Shown here: positions 22,323-33,364 of the stretch, one piece after another
Numbering within the stretch: the first letter of the stretch is position 1
Layout: each line of letters begins with the position of its first letter
DNA from: Ancylonema sp.
Taxonomy: Eukaryota
DNA: 40,390 nt
Reading direction: 5' to 3'
Assembly: GCA_050230475.1 (NCBI GenBank)
Contig: JBFLGF010000001.1
Coordinates: 248,001 to 288,390 of the forward strand
Notes under the pieces: generated by a model
Database searches by the model: none
What the model was told of the DNA's origin: nothing
The model's input: the letters and a program-made list of their open reading frames with translations, nothing else
Program-made: the position numbers and the translations under genes

Positions 22323-22958
22323 TTCCACCCGAAAATGTCGCTGCTCCCAGCCTCCCCCGATTACCCCAACCCCGCAGCAGATGATTTCGTCAAAAATATC
22401 CACGACGCTCAAGATGTCATTCAAACTGCGCTCCGCCAATCCCAGCGCGCCATTTAGACGTCCGCCAATCGGAAGCGCAGATCCGCCCCGATTCTCATCC
22501 TAGGCCAAAAGGTTTGGCTGTTACGCCGCCACGTCGGATCCACTTGTCCTTCGTCAAAATTGGATGTTCGTCGTCTGGGGCCCTTCCCTGATTGGCCAGA
22601 TCGGGACCTCGGCATATATTGGGACCTCGGCATATCGCTTCCATCCAAATCCACCCGGTTTTCCACGTCAGCCTTCTGGAGCCACATAATCCCAACACGT
22701 TCTCCGGTCGTGTCGTGGTGCCTCCTCCTCCAGTCATTGTGGACGGCGCACCAGAAAGTGAGGTGGCGGAGGTCCTCGATTCCAAACTCTTGCGTGGCAA
22801 GTTGTTTTACGTGGTGAATTGGGTCGGCTACAACGAATCGGAACGAACGTTCTTGGGAGCCTGCGGAAAACATGACACACGCTGCTGACGTGGTCGCCGA
22901 CTATCATGCCGCGTTTTCCGATCGACCGGCGCCTCCCTCATCGCGGTCCGCGCCTTGA
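22323..22958 (+). pseudogene. G2 integrase C-terminus and chromodomain remnant
   Basis: FHPKMSLLP...; LDVRRLGPF; IHPVFHVSLLEP; FYVVNWVGYNESER; collinear with G1 from about 14310 to 14940. Confidence 0.9.
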
Positions 22959-22969
22959 GGGGGGGGTAC

Positions 22970-23320
22970 TCTTAGGACCCTCGCTACAGTCACTAGGGCT
23001 CCCTAGCGAGGCTCCCACACTTAGCACTAGAGCGCTACGCAGTTTTCCCTATAGCGAGTGTTGTCCCTTTATAGTGATATGTGTGCCCCTCGCGCCTTTG
23101 TCCTTATATCGAGTGCCGACCCTTAGCTTTCTAGTTTGTTCTTATAACGAGTTCTAGTTATCCCACATCTTGATTAGCTTTGTGGGAGTCGACTTTCACT
23201 ATATCTATGCCTTTAGAGCATTTCTATCAACTCATGTATTTGCACCTTGGTGTGCCTACCATATCAACTTTGCCCCGGATGTGAAGTCGTTGAAAGTACA
23301 GTCCGGCGACGGTCGTAACA
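22970..23320 (+). repeat. G2 3' LTR
   Basis: Follows GAGGGGGGGGTAC; T(C)TTAGGACCCTCGCTACAG...GGTCGTAACA. Confidence 0.9.
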
Positions 23321-23976
23321 AGTACACACACTCACAGATTGCAAATAATGATTTGCAAACTTACCGTGTGACTGACGGATGTCAGGTTGAGACGAAAGAC
23401 GAGCAGGTTGCGAAGTCGCGGAAGCGAAAAGATACAACATTCGCAGAATTGCAAAGATTCACATAACACAAGAGATTGTTGGAAGGGATTTCTTAACAAC
23501 GCAATCTGACAGCGGAAGCTGGCAGATTTGAAAGTACAATTGACTTTTATCACAAAAGTTGTTGCGCGGTGCTAACCAGCAGAGTTAACTAGAGTTAGTC
23601 TATCGAAGATCACAACAGGCTCGCTTCTAGAACTTTCAATTTAATCTTGACGCTACGATGAAACGCGTCAGATCTTATCTTTATCTCTACGGTTGGATTT
23701 ATCGCTGGGAATGTCGACATGTCGAAAGTGACATTGTCGATTTACAAAATATCGACACGCAGCTAGTTGTTGAAACTGCTAAGTTCTAGACTTCAGAAAA
23801 TACGCCACGCGTTATTTTCAAGTCGTACAAAAATAGTACTTCACAATTTTGTCAAAAAGTACTGATTCTATATCATCGTTATATCGAATACTCTCGTTGT
23901 AGAGACGTATTAATCCAGAGGGGGTTCTGATCATTCTAGAGGGTTTTCTGCCTTAACGATCTCTAGCGTCATGACA

Positions 23977-25547
23977 CAAGCACCGAGGGGATGGAACCAA
24001 CACATTGACGACTTGTTGAAAAAGCTCAAATTTCATCGTCTGGCTTCAGACTTTGGTCTGTACGTTCTGGGAGAAGGAGATGATGCCTTGTATCTGGCGT
24101 TGTATGTCGACGATATCTTTATGGTGTGTGTACTACTGGAGAAAATATTTGGGGTGAAAGGAGGGCTGAATGCAAGGTACAACATGAAAGATCTGGGTGA
24201 GGCGAAATTTTTGCTGGGGCTGGAGATCACACGTCAGCCAAATGGCAATGTGTTCTTGTGTCAAGAGAAGTATGGCAAAGAGCTGCTCAACAAGTTTGGC
24301 ATGGAAGACTGCAACTCAGCAGCCACCCCTCTGGAGATGGGAGTGAAGTTTTTTTGCAAATCTGGGAGTGGGGTACAAGTCAGCTATGGGGAGTTTGCTT
24401 TACCTAACCTCAAGAACCCATCCAGACCTGGCAGCTGCTGTGAATACTCTTTGTCGATATAGTGGGCGTCCAGGGGAGCAACACTGGGAGGGGGTGAAAC
24501 GTATGCTGAGGTACTTGAAGGGGACAGTGAATCTTGGGTTGTTGTATGAGAAGGGAGCTGAGTTGCCAGTTATGGGTTACTCGAACGCCAGCCATTGTGA
24601 TGATGTCGACACCAGGAAAGGCAGGGGAGGATATGTGTTTCTGAGTGCTGGGGCGGCAGTGAGCTGGAAAAGCAGTCTTCTGGAGACAGTTACTCGCTCT
24701 AGCTGTCAGAGTGAGTACCTGGCTCTCAATTCTGTTGGCAATGAGGCAATCTACCTCAACCAAATGCAAGGAGAGCTTGGTGTTGGAGGACCAGGTGGTG
24801 TTTTAATTCTTGGTGACAATGAGAGCTCGATAAAGTTGGCTGAAAATCCGGTGTTTCATAAACGCTCAAAACATATTGAGATCAGGTGGCATTCTATCAG
24901 GGAGAGGGTGGCAAAGAAAAAGATCAGACCGGAGTTTGTGAAAAAGTGAGGATCAGGCTACTCACATGATGACAAAAGTTGTACCTGTCAAAGTTATGAG
25001 GAAGAATTGTGCTTTAATTGGGTTGGTTGAGGAGTAGTGAACATTTCTGAGCATTGTTGTGTTTTTGTGAAAAATCGATATATTGTGTTATCGTTTTTGG
25101 AGGGGGAAACAAAAGTACCCAGGGAGGGGGTGTTAGTTTTTGGGGGCTGTGAACTTTTGTTGTCATATCGATTTGTCCGACCCGTTCGCTGTAGTTTGAG
25201 TTCTTGTCGTTATTCAGCAAATGCCGGCCGAACTTGTAAGCAATGATTGTGTCGACAAGTTCTGGCTAGTCAGCATAAGTGTCGATAAGTTTTAGACGAT
25301 GTGGCATAATGCTTAGTTGTGATTGGTGTTGACTCAGATAATTTCGATATGTTGACTTAGATGTTCTGTCGATCACACTCAACTGTACTAAGAGTGGACT
25401 TGCATGCAAGATCCTGTAAAATCAGACTTTCTATCTCAAGCTTGCACATTTGCTGTGTTAATGCTTGAATGTCGTGATCGATTGATTCATGAGTTGATTT
25501 AGAGTTGAACTTTATTATTGCAAAGATGGCAGAAGAAAGTTCTCACA
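23977..25547 (+). mobile_element. Copia-A right part (RT C-terminal half, RNase H, PPT, 3' LTR)
   Basis: QAPRGWN; LALYVDDI; MKDLGEAKFLLG; SWKS; NPVFHKRSKHIEI; PPT AGGGAGGGGG at 25121-25130. Confidence 0.95.
25131..25547 (+). repeat. Copia-A 3' LTR
   Basis: TGTTAGTTTTTGGGGGCTGTG...GGCAGAAGAAAGTTCTCACA; homologous to 28718-29153 (minus) and 33394-33796. Confidence 0.92.
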
Positions 25548-25580
25548 AACGGGAGCTCACATAAAAATATAAATATGATG

Positions 25581-25606
25581 TATATATATATATATGTATA
25601 TATATA
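25581..25606. repeat. (TA)n microsatellite
   Basis: TATATATATATATATGTATATATATA. Confidence 0.85.
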
Positions 25607-26329
25607 CAACATAGGATCAACTTGTTGTAGTGGGCGCGAATGATGACGAGTGGGGACATGATGAGTGGTGGACGACCGTAGTTGGCTTCACAACTGTACC
25701 TCACGCTCGCCTGGTACACATGCGTGGTTAGAAATACATAGAGCACAACACCACCCCCATGATTCTTCGCTCATTCATGTGGAAGTTACATATCAATGGA
25801 CAAAAACATGCGTAATACTGCTTAGCATTCCAAATTAGCATTCTATAATTAATATAGCGATTGGCTCTAGCATGTGGACCATACATGATGCGCTCTAGGG
25901 CAACAACTTCAAACTCGAGTCTTGAAATTGACTCACGAAGAAGCACATTCAGTATGTATAGTACCAACCTCATCGATCAAGTCATTGCTCATCAATCGTA
26001 AAGTCGAACTTGATTTTCATATGAGATTGGTGGTGAAAATAGTGCCCTTGCTTCACAGGAAAGGCAATTTTCAAAGCGCAATACACTCAAGATGCACAAC
26101 ATGAGTTTAGATGTATCGGATAGAGTTTTGGAGGGGATATCGATAGCTAACAAAATTGTTGCACTTCATTGAGATGATGTTCTTTAGCCTGTACAAAGAA
26201 CAAGAGAACACAAAAATACAATATTTGAGAGATAACTGTACTCCATCCCCTTTACCAACAAAATCACAAAACAAACATCACCTTCCCCCCCTCTAAACAC
26301 AGCCTTGACAATCTTTTGTGTCTTCTCCT

Positions 26330-27396
26330 CTACTCACTCCACGCCATCTCCCCTCCTCCCTCCTCCCTCTTGCCCCCTTCCCCATACCCCCGATCCCACG
26401 GCTTTGTGATTGGTTTCCAATCCCCCCGCTTAGGCAGCCCTGGCCCTACCCTTCTTTCCCCCTCCTCCCCCTTGCCTCCCCCTGCCCCCCCCACCCTCCG
26501 TCCCCCCCCTCTCGCCACCTTCACCATTTGCCGTCTCCCCTCCACAAACCTCGGTTCCTCCGCCGTCAGCGGGTAGCGGTCGCGCAGCTGGGCCGCCAGC
26601 TGGGGGGCTTTCAGGGCCTCCAGGCTGGCGAGCACCAGAGCGAGCGCACGCTCCTCTGGGTTAATGGCCGTGGCCTCCATGCTCCCAAACACCTCCACCA
26701 CTTTGGCGTGCCGCTTTTTGCGGGAATGGATTTGCATCATTTTGAGGAACACGGCGCGTGGCATGGAGGCCAACCTCTCCTGCACGCACCGCTGCCACAC
26801 CTCCTCCACCTCCTCCAACCGCCCCTCCGCGTCCAGGGCCTCCATGAGCATGACGAAGGTGCCCAGGGTGCCGCCCTGACCGCGGGAGAGCATCCACTTG
26901 GTGACCTGGATGATGCGGAGGAAGTGCTTCTCGCGCTTCAGCTGGTGGAGGGCGGCCTTGACGGCCAGGAGCGGGAAGACCGGCTCCCAGGCGGCCCAGC
27001 CGTCGAGGGCGGCGTATACTTCCTCCTTGGCGTCAGATACGGGACGCAGCTGCGGAGATGGGGGGGAAAGGGGAGATGAGTATGGGGGTGGGAGGAGGCA
27101 GGGTGTTGCGGGTGGTACCGTTCGCAGCAGCTTGTTGGCGCGACCTTGAACGTTCTTCGTGTCCTTCTGCTGCCAAGCGCAGCACACCTGGACCCCAAAC
27201 TGAAACCTGAAGATCAGCCTCGGGACGTAGCATTCGGAAACCGGAACTTCTCGCGATGGTTGCGCATATGTTTTGAAGAACAACTTGGGGATGCTGTGTC
27301 GCGATCTCCAGCATCGACCAATAGGGAACCGAGGGGAGCGCACCTGGAGTCGTCCCGGGGACTGACCCTGCACAAGGCTAGGCCGCGCGACGACAT
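26330..27396 (-). CDS. Pentatricopeptide-repeat-like protein, At4g21190 (EMB1417)/At4g18975 family; predicted exons 27396-27344, 27206-27119, 27049-26330 (286 aa)
   Basis: KEEVYAALDGWAAWEPVFPL...IIQVTKWMLSRGQGGTLGT...EVFGSME matches the family as I recall it. The GT-AG introns are phase-compatible. Exon 1 is the least certain. Confidence 0.88.
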
Positions 27397-28175
27397 GAGT
27401 GACCGGAATCAATGGTACATGAATTTTAGTTGGCAGTCTGCACCACAGAAGGGAGGACGACAGAGCGCAGCTGGTGATTTGGTCACATAAACGGGTTGGG
27501 CGACACTTCCTCACTGCAATCTGCAAGCATAAGATTTGATGCGCAGGTCCTCACAGCTGTCTAACTCCGACCGCCGCGCAATAAGGCGACAATGGCATCG
27601 GGCAGGGGCAGCCGAACGAGTCGACTCTCATGTCCAGCTCCATGCGTCGTCATATATGGCCGCGATAATGTCTTCCTGTGGCAGAACCAACTACGAGGTG
27701 CCGCTGGCGTGTCACGCTTGCGGCTTTGGGCGGGCGGGCTTCCTCGCACCGGGCGGACAGGGATGACAACCCTGAAAGTTCGCCACGTAATTGGACTTTT
27801 ATCTGAAAAAGCTTACGTCATACCCCGCTACAATGTATATCAGTTCCTGTATCGGGAACTTTTGACGAAAGTTCCGATTTCCAGCCGCAAGCGTCAAATT
27901 CCGGGCGGAAGGTAGTTCCGGCAGCCCGCAAATCCAGCTCCCGGGAGCTGGAGGACAGTGCGCCTGCTCCCTCAAGCCTGCTACTCCTTGCTGGAATCCG
28001 TGGACCTTGCTGCAAATTTTCGTGACTCGCAGGCTTCTATGCGCTACTTGCGTTGTTGTCCACTTTTCTTTCCGTTGAGAGTATTCTTATCAGAGTAACG
28101 TAATTATTGCATTAGTCAGTGTTCTCTTGTACACACAACAATCATAGGAACGTTGCATCTGACATCTCAAAAGTA

Positions 28176-28438
28176 ATGGGGCTTAAAGGGGCCCACGAGT
28201 TCTTTGCCAACCCGTTAAGAAAGGGTGCACACCTTCAGGAGTATGCACGGATGACTGCATTAGTGGATGGGAGTAGTTGGCTATACAAGGCGACTTACGG
28301 ATGTTCAAACGGGGGTGGCGTCGTCAAGTTCGTAATGAAGAAGGTGGAACTAATGAGGAGATATAAGGTCATCCCGTTCATCGTGTTCGATGGGGGACAT
28401 TTTCCTATGAAGCCAGCCGAACAAGCAGTACGGCGGAG
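28176..28438 (+). pseudogene. EXO1: Exonuclease 1-like (XPG-N/PIN) first coding exon; no downstream exons found
   Basis: MGLKG...ALVDGSSWLYKA...VIPFIVFDGGHFPMK...RRR, then donor AG|GTTAGT. No XPG-I domain is recognisable downstream. Confidence 0.78.
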
Positions 28439-28717
28439 GTTAGTCACTTCGCTAGACGGGGCAGATGCTACCGATACTCATTCTGGCGGATGAGTTTTGT
28501 TTTTTGCTACAGGTAGTTGCCAAGGTGAGTAAGTTGTGTGCTTTGAATTTCTTGCATTGGTCCTTTGTGTGGTGTCGTCCCTTGCAGTATTCACATTGTG
28601 CATCAGAAGTATATTCTTTTGTGTTTTACTTTATATTTTCTTATGTTATGTTATACGCTCGCGAACGCAATCAATTCAATATTGAATTTGTATTTTGTGC
28701 TGCACGGAGCGTGCGCG

Positions 28718-29153
28718 TGTGAGAAATTTTTTCTGCCATCGATGCAAGAATAAAGTTCACTTCTTCTCAAACTCTTTGAATCAAACAGATCACGTCATTA
28801 CAAACGTCGACACAACAAAAGTGCAAGTTTGAAGTAGAAAAGTTTGATTACAGAATTCAACATGCAAGCCCAGACCTACTATAGTCGATTGCTGCCTGGT
28901 CAAAGAATCTACTCATATCGAAACTACTTAGTCAACTGCCAATCATATCTAAGCATTTTACCACATCAACTTGTTCTTATCGACACTTGTGCCAGATGGC
29001 CAAGTAATCATTGAAATAAGGACATCGGCTTGCAGCCGGCCTGCAACCGGCCTGCAGCCTGCATTTGCTGAATAACGACAAAACTAAAACTAAAATCTCG
29101 GTATTGCTAAAATCGATATAACGACAAAAGTTCACAGCCCCCAAAAACTAACA
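28718..29153 (-). repeat. Copia-C 3' LTR
   Basis: Minus strand TGTTAGTTTTTGGGGGCTGTG...TTTCTCACA. Confidence 0.92.
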
Positions 29154-32132
29154 CCCCCTCACTGGGTACTTTTGTATTCCCCCTCCAAAAACGATAACGA
29201 AAACGATATCGATTTTACAAACAAAAACTTACTGAACTCACGAAACTCATCAAAGTAAACTCAGCCAATGAACCAACTACAATTATTTTTCATACACCAA
29301 CCCCACCAGATCTCAATTCTTCTTTAACACCTTGACAGACACTAGTTTTGTCAACATACCAGCAGCCTGGTCGTCACTCTTTACAAACTTAAGACTGATC
29401 TTTTTCTTGGACACCCTTTCTCGAATGGAATGACACTTGATCTCGATGTGTTTGGAGCGCTTGTGAAAGACAGGATTCTCAGCAAGTTTTAATGAACTCT
29501 CATTGTCCCCTAGCAACAGCACACTCCCCTCATCAATACCCAACTCCTGTTGCATCTGGCTCAAATAAATGGCCTCATTGCTAGCATCACTCAATGCCAA
29601 ATACTCACTCTCACAGCTTGAGTGGGTGGCTGTTTCCAAGATACCACTTTTCCAGCTCACAACAGCTCCTCCACTAAGAAAGACATAGCCAGTTCTCCCC
29701 TTCCTATTGTCGACGTCATCACCATGACTAGCATTTGAGTAACCGATGACTGGAAAATCACTCCCTTTCTTATACATCAACCCCACATCGACAGTCCCCT
29801 TGAGATAGCGCAAAACTCTTTTGACCCCCTCCCAATGCTTGTTTCTTGTTTGCTGACTGTATCAACACAAGGAGTTAACAGTAGCTGCCAGGTCGGGTCT
29901 TGTGCCAGAAGTCAGATATAGCAAACTTCCCATAGCAAATTTGTATCCCACACCCTCTATTCCATCAGATTGAGAAGCAGATTCACAGTTTGCAGAAATT
30001 TTGACACCCAGCTCAAGAGGAGTAGCAACAGAATTGCAGTCTTGCATCCCAAACTTCGTGAGTAGATCTCTCGCATATTTCTCTTGCACCAAAAAGACGT
30101 TGCCAGCAGGGTGCCTTCGAATCTCAAGCCCCAGCAAGAACTTTGCCTCTCCCAGATCTTTCATGTTATATCGCTTTCCCAGCCCTCCTTCCACCCCAAA
30201 AATAGTCGCCAGCCTGATGCAGAGGAGAAACACATCATCCACATATAGCGCCAAGTAGAGTGCTTTTGGCCCTTCTCCGATAATATAAAGGCCAAAGTCT
30301 AAAGCCAGACGATGAAACTGCATGCCTTTCACCACGTTGTCGATGTGCTAATTCCATCCTCTCGGCGCCTGCTTGAGGCCATACAAGCACCTGGGTAGTA
30401 ACCACACCAAATCTGCTTCACCAGGCCCACACGTGCCGTTAGGCGCCTCCATGTACACCTCCTCTTCCAGGGGCGCATAGAGTAAAGCTGTTGTTACATC
30501 CATCTGGTGCATGTGTAGACCCCTGGAAGCTCACATGGCGACAAGTTGACGAATGCTCTCAAAACGAACAGTTGGAGAAAAGGTCTGATCGTAGTCCTCT
30601 CCCTCTTCTTGACTGAATCATTTAGCCACAATTATTGCTTTGTATTTTTCTATAGAACCATCAGCATTGAATTTGATCCTGAACACCCACTTTGACTTCA
30701 CAACTTTCTTCCCCCTCGGCCTTGGCACAAGTCGATAGACCTGGTTCTCTTGTAGACTTGCCATTTCAGCGGCCATTGCAGCTTTCCACTGAGCTTTTTG
30801 TGGAATGTTAAGAGCCTCCTCCACAGTCGTTGGTGTCTTTATCTCAGTCTCCAAGTTGGCAACAAAAGCAACAACAAATTTGTTGGGATGCATTCCTCTA
30901 TTCTCCCTTGCAGATCGACGACTAGGCCGAGAGTCAGATTCTGGATCATCGATAGAAGTTTCAGAAAAGTCATCGTTCACGCCAAGTGGATTAAGAGGAG
31001 TAGCATCATCTGGATACCATTATAGACCATCTTCTAGGTGATCTTCGTCCTCATCGTCTCCACTGGAATTGCTAACAAGTTCTAGAAGATCCGCACTCTA
31101 AGGAAGAGGAGATATCGGAAGCTGTGGTAATGGATTTCCCACAGCATCACGGATCTCTTCATCAACAAAATTAGGATCACCATAGGCAGGTTGCCCACCT
31201 CCAGAATTGCCCCTTCCCACACCAACACTACCCCCTCTTGCTCCTTGATCAGCTGCATCCAGATCTGGCCATGACATTTTTGTTTCTTCAACTGGCTCAT
31301 GCACTCTTGCCTTCTTGCCAATTTTATGTCCCCTCCACCAGCTTGGTTTCACAGATTCATCAAAGTCTGCATGACTAGTGCCAACGTTGTGTACTTTGTT
31401 CGTTGGAGGATCCCAGACTCGACAGACTTTGCTTCCCCTGTGGTAAGTTGTTGATCTCGAACTGGAGTGCAGAAAATAGTTTTTCGACCTTCCGATGTTT
31501 CCTGCAGAGTGCAGACCTATTGCCCAGATTTGTTGTAGACTGGAATGATGCCACTTGCTTTTCCACTGCAAGTGTAAGACCACCCTGCTTCTCTAGCTTT
31601 CTCATCGCTGAACAAATTTATGCGCATCCCAGGAATGTACAAACATTTCTTGAGTGTTACTCCTCCACACTCTCCCTCAGTATTCAACTCAATTGTTCCC
31701 CAATACTTCACTCGCACACTTCCGACCAGATGATGCATGATGACCTCGTGAGGAATGTCTTCGAAAAGTTTGAAAATGTTTTTCTGCCCATAGGAATGGT
31801 GACTGGAGCCATCGTCGAAGAGGAAATATTTTTCTGCATCATCATCATCTGCAACGTTTCCTTCACAGACCTCAGCGATGACAGCTTCTCCATGACCACA
31901 GCTCTCCTCCTAATCGATTTCACCAACAAAAGTTGTTTTTCTCCCAGTACGCACCCCTTTCCTCTGCACTCGTGGAGCTTCGTTTTTATTGTCGAAACAG
32001 GTGAATTCCACATGACCGATGGCTCCACAATATTTGCATTCTTCGTTTTTCTTGGAGCACTCTGTGCTGTAGTGACCTGTCTCTCCACAAGTATAGCATG
32101 AATGTCCTCCCCTTGATCCACTGCTTCCACCC
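28718..32132 (-). mobile_element. Copia-C: Copia-A-family copy, 5'-truncated, integrase core deleted
   Basis: 3' LTR 28718-29153, PPT, RNase H (29313-29813), RT (about 29860-30800), protease and knuckle (31500-32130). The segment matching Copia-A at about 870-1690 is missing near 31430. Confidence 0.93.
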
Positions 32133-32757
32133 TGTAGTAGAATGGAAAGATGGATGAAAAGTGTTATGTTGTGCTCGGTAATGAAATAAGCGTGTTTTTT
32201 GTTGGTTTGTAAAAGGAATTAGGAAACTACACCAAAACTTTGGTGTATGTGCTTGATTGATATCATCTCCTTTTAATGAGACAATTTTTAAAGGTGATAA
32301 GATAACTTGATCACAACCTTTATTATTATTGCATTATAGATGTTGGCAATATTTTACTTGTTTCACACTATTTATTGAATAAATAGTGGCACCAACAGAA
32401 TAATTTTTATTCTATTTTCAGAAAAAAGAAACTTTAAAGAAGGAAGATTGGAATGCTTACAAGCTAACGATACTACTTTCAGTCCCTCGCCGAGATTTAC
32501 CGAATATATTTCAAGTAGTGAAAGTTGGACGCAAGGGAAAAAAATTGTCCGGGACGGATCCAACAGTAGGTATACCCGCCCGCGGGGGGGGAATTTCCCG
32601 CCCGCCTGCTTGCGGGCGGTAACGCTCGTGGGCGCCGCCCGGCCGCCCGTTGCGTGCTGAATTTCGGGATTTCAAGAAAGCAACTTAAAAAAAGCACAGC
32701 TTCTTGACACTTCATGTTTTTTTTAATTTGTATGTTTCATGTAGATGGGACTATGTA

Positions 32758-32995
32758 CCGTAGTGGCAATACATAATGACCCGGATTTTTAAAATCGAAT
32801 ACATTTAATTGGTAAACCACCATTTGACCCAACCCGCGCATCCAATAGAAAAGTTACCAGAATTCTCAAAAACATTTTTTGTCTGAGGACCCACATAATA
32901 AAATGACCCAATTTTTTTTTTAAAGGATTTATTTAATTTGAGCCGACCCGCCCTTTTCATAATTATTTGAGGGTCACTATGTGTGGCCAATACGG
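32758..32995. mobile_element. MITE (238 bp), Tc1/mariner superfamily, pogo/Tc2-like
   Basis: TA|CCGTAGTGGCAATACATAATGACCC ... GGGTCACTATGTGTGGCCAATACGG|TA: imperfect TIRs of about 25 bp and a TA TSD. Confidence 0.75.
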
Positions 32996-33364
32996 TAGTT
33001 GATATTAGCACTTTTGATTTTTTTATTTCGATTGATGCGGAGTTTTAAAAAATGAAAACACCAGAACCCTTAAAAAACTCTATATACCCCGACACCACGT
33101 GGACATTCCCGCATTCGTTTCGCCCGCGGGCGCAGCCGGGCGTCCAATTTTGTTTATTACGGGTAGGCAATACGGCGAACCTGAACCCCACTGCATTTTG
33201 AATACCCCACTGCATTCTGAGAAGCTCGTATTTCGACACCCTACGAAATCAATTCGACACCCTTTCCACTAACGGGGACCGTAGATACGATTCGTACAAC
33301 CTTGGTGGTCTGTGAGCCGTTGGTTAGTAGTACGGCCTACTTTGTCAAATCCCAGTTCTAGATA

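Larger units (their letters stand above)
16299..22324 (-). mobile_element. Mini LTR retrotransposon, inverted copy (16299-16355 plus 22036-22324), split by G3
   Basis: Reverse complement of the plus copy: LTR end AACA 22324-22321, PBS 22319-22308, PPT 22107-22101, LTR start TGTCAGGG at 22096, continuing across the CACAA TSD into 16355-16299. Confidence 0.82.
15626..23320 (+). mobile_element. Chimeric, internally deleted chromovirus G2
   Basis: LTRs 15626-15982 and 22970-23320; degenerate TSD AATAT/AGTAC; PPT before 22970. Only the integrase C-terminus and chromodomain remain. Confidence 0.85.
2720..23976. mobile_element. Element S: non-coding TG...CA insertion of about 1.33 kb net (probable solo LTR) that splits Copia-A RT and hosts Copia-B, G1 and G2
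   Basis: Copia-A breaks at YGLKQ (2718) and resumes at QAPRGWN (23977). The residual pieces 2720-3171, 9842-9853, 15409-15625 and 23326-23976 join into one sequence starting TGACG and ending CGTCATGACA. The TSD is ambiguous: CAGG/CAAG (4 bp), or TGAAACAGG/TGACACAAG (9 bp) if the element ends at 23971. Confidence 0.7.

Noticed and set aside
15979..22324. DIRS-like element with inverted terminal repeats
   Set aside because: No tyrosine recombinase. The enclosed coding sequence is an independent chromovirus with its own LTRs and TSD.
26318..27079. 253-aa plus-strand ORF
   Set aside because: Antisense shadow of the GC-rich PPR exon, with a low-complexity translation.
26330..27526. Single-exon 398-aa PPR ORF
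   Set aside because: It has a non-ATG start and reads through two plausible introns; the spliced model fits the family better.
32560..32660. GC-rich hairpin CCGCCCGC-N6-GCGGGCGG as a Helitron 3' end
   Set aside because: No properly placed CTRR terminus or matching 5' TC end could be found.
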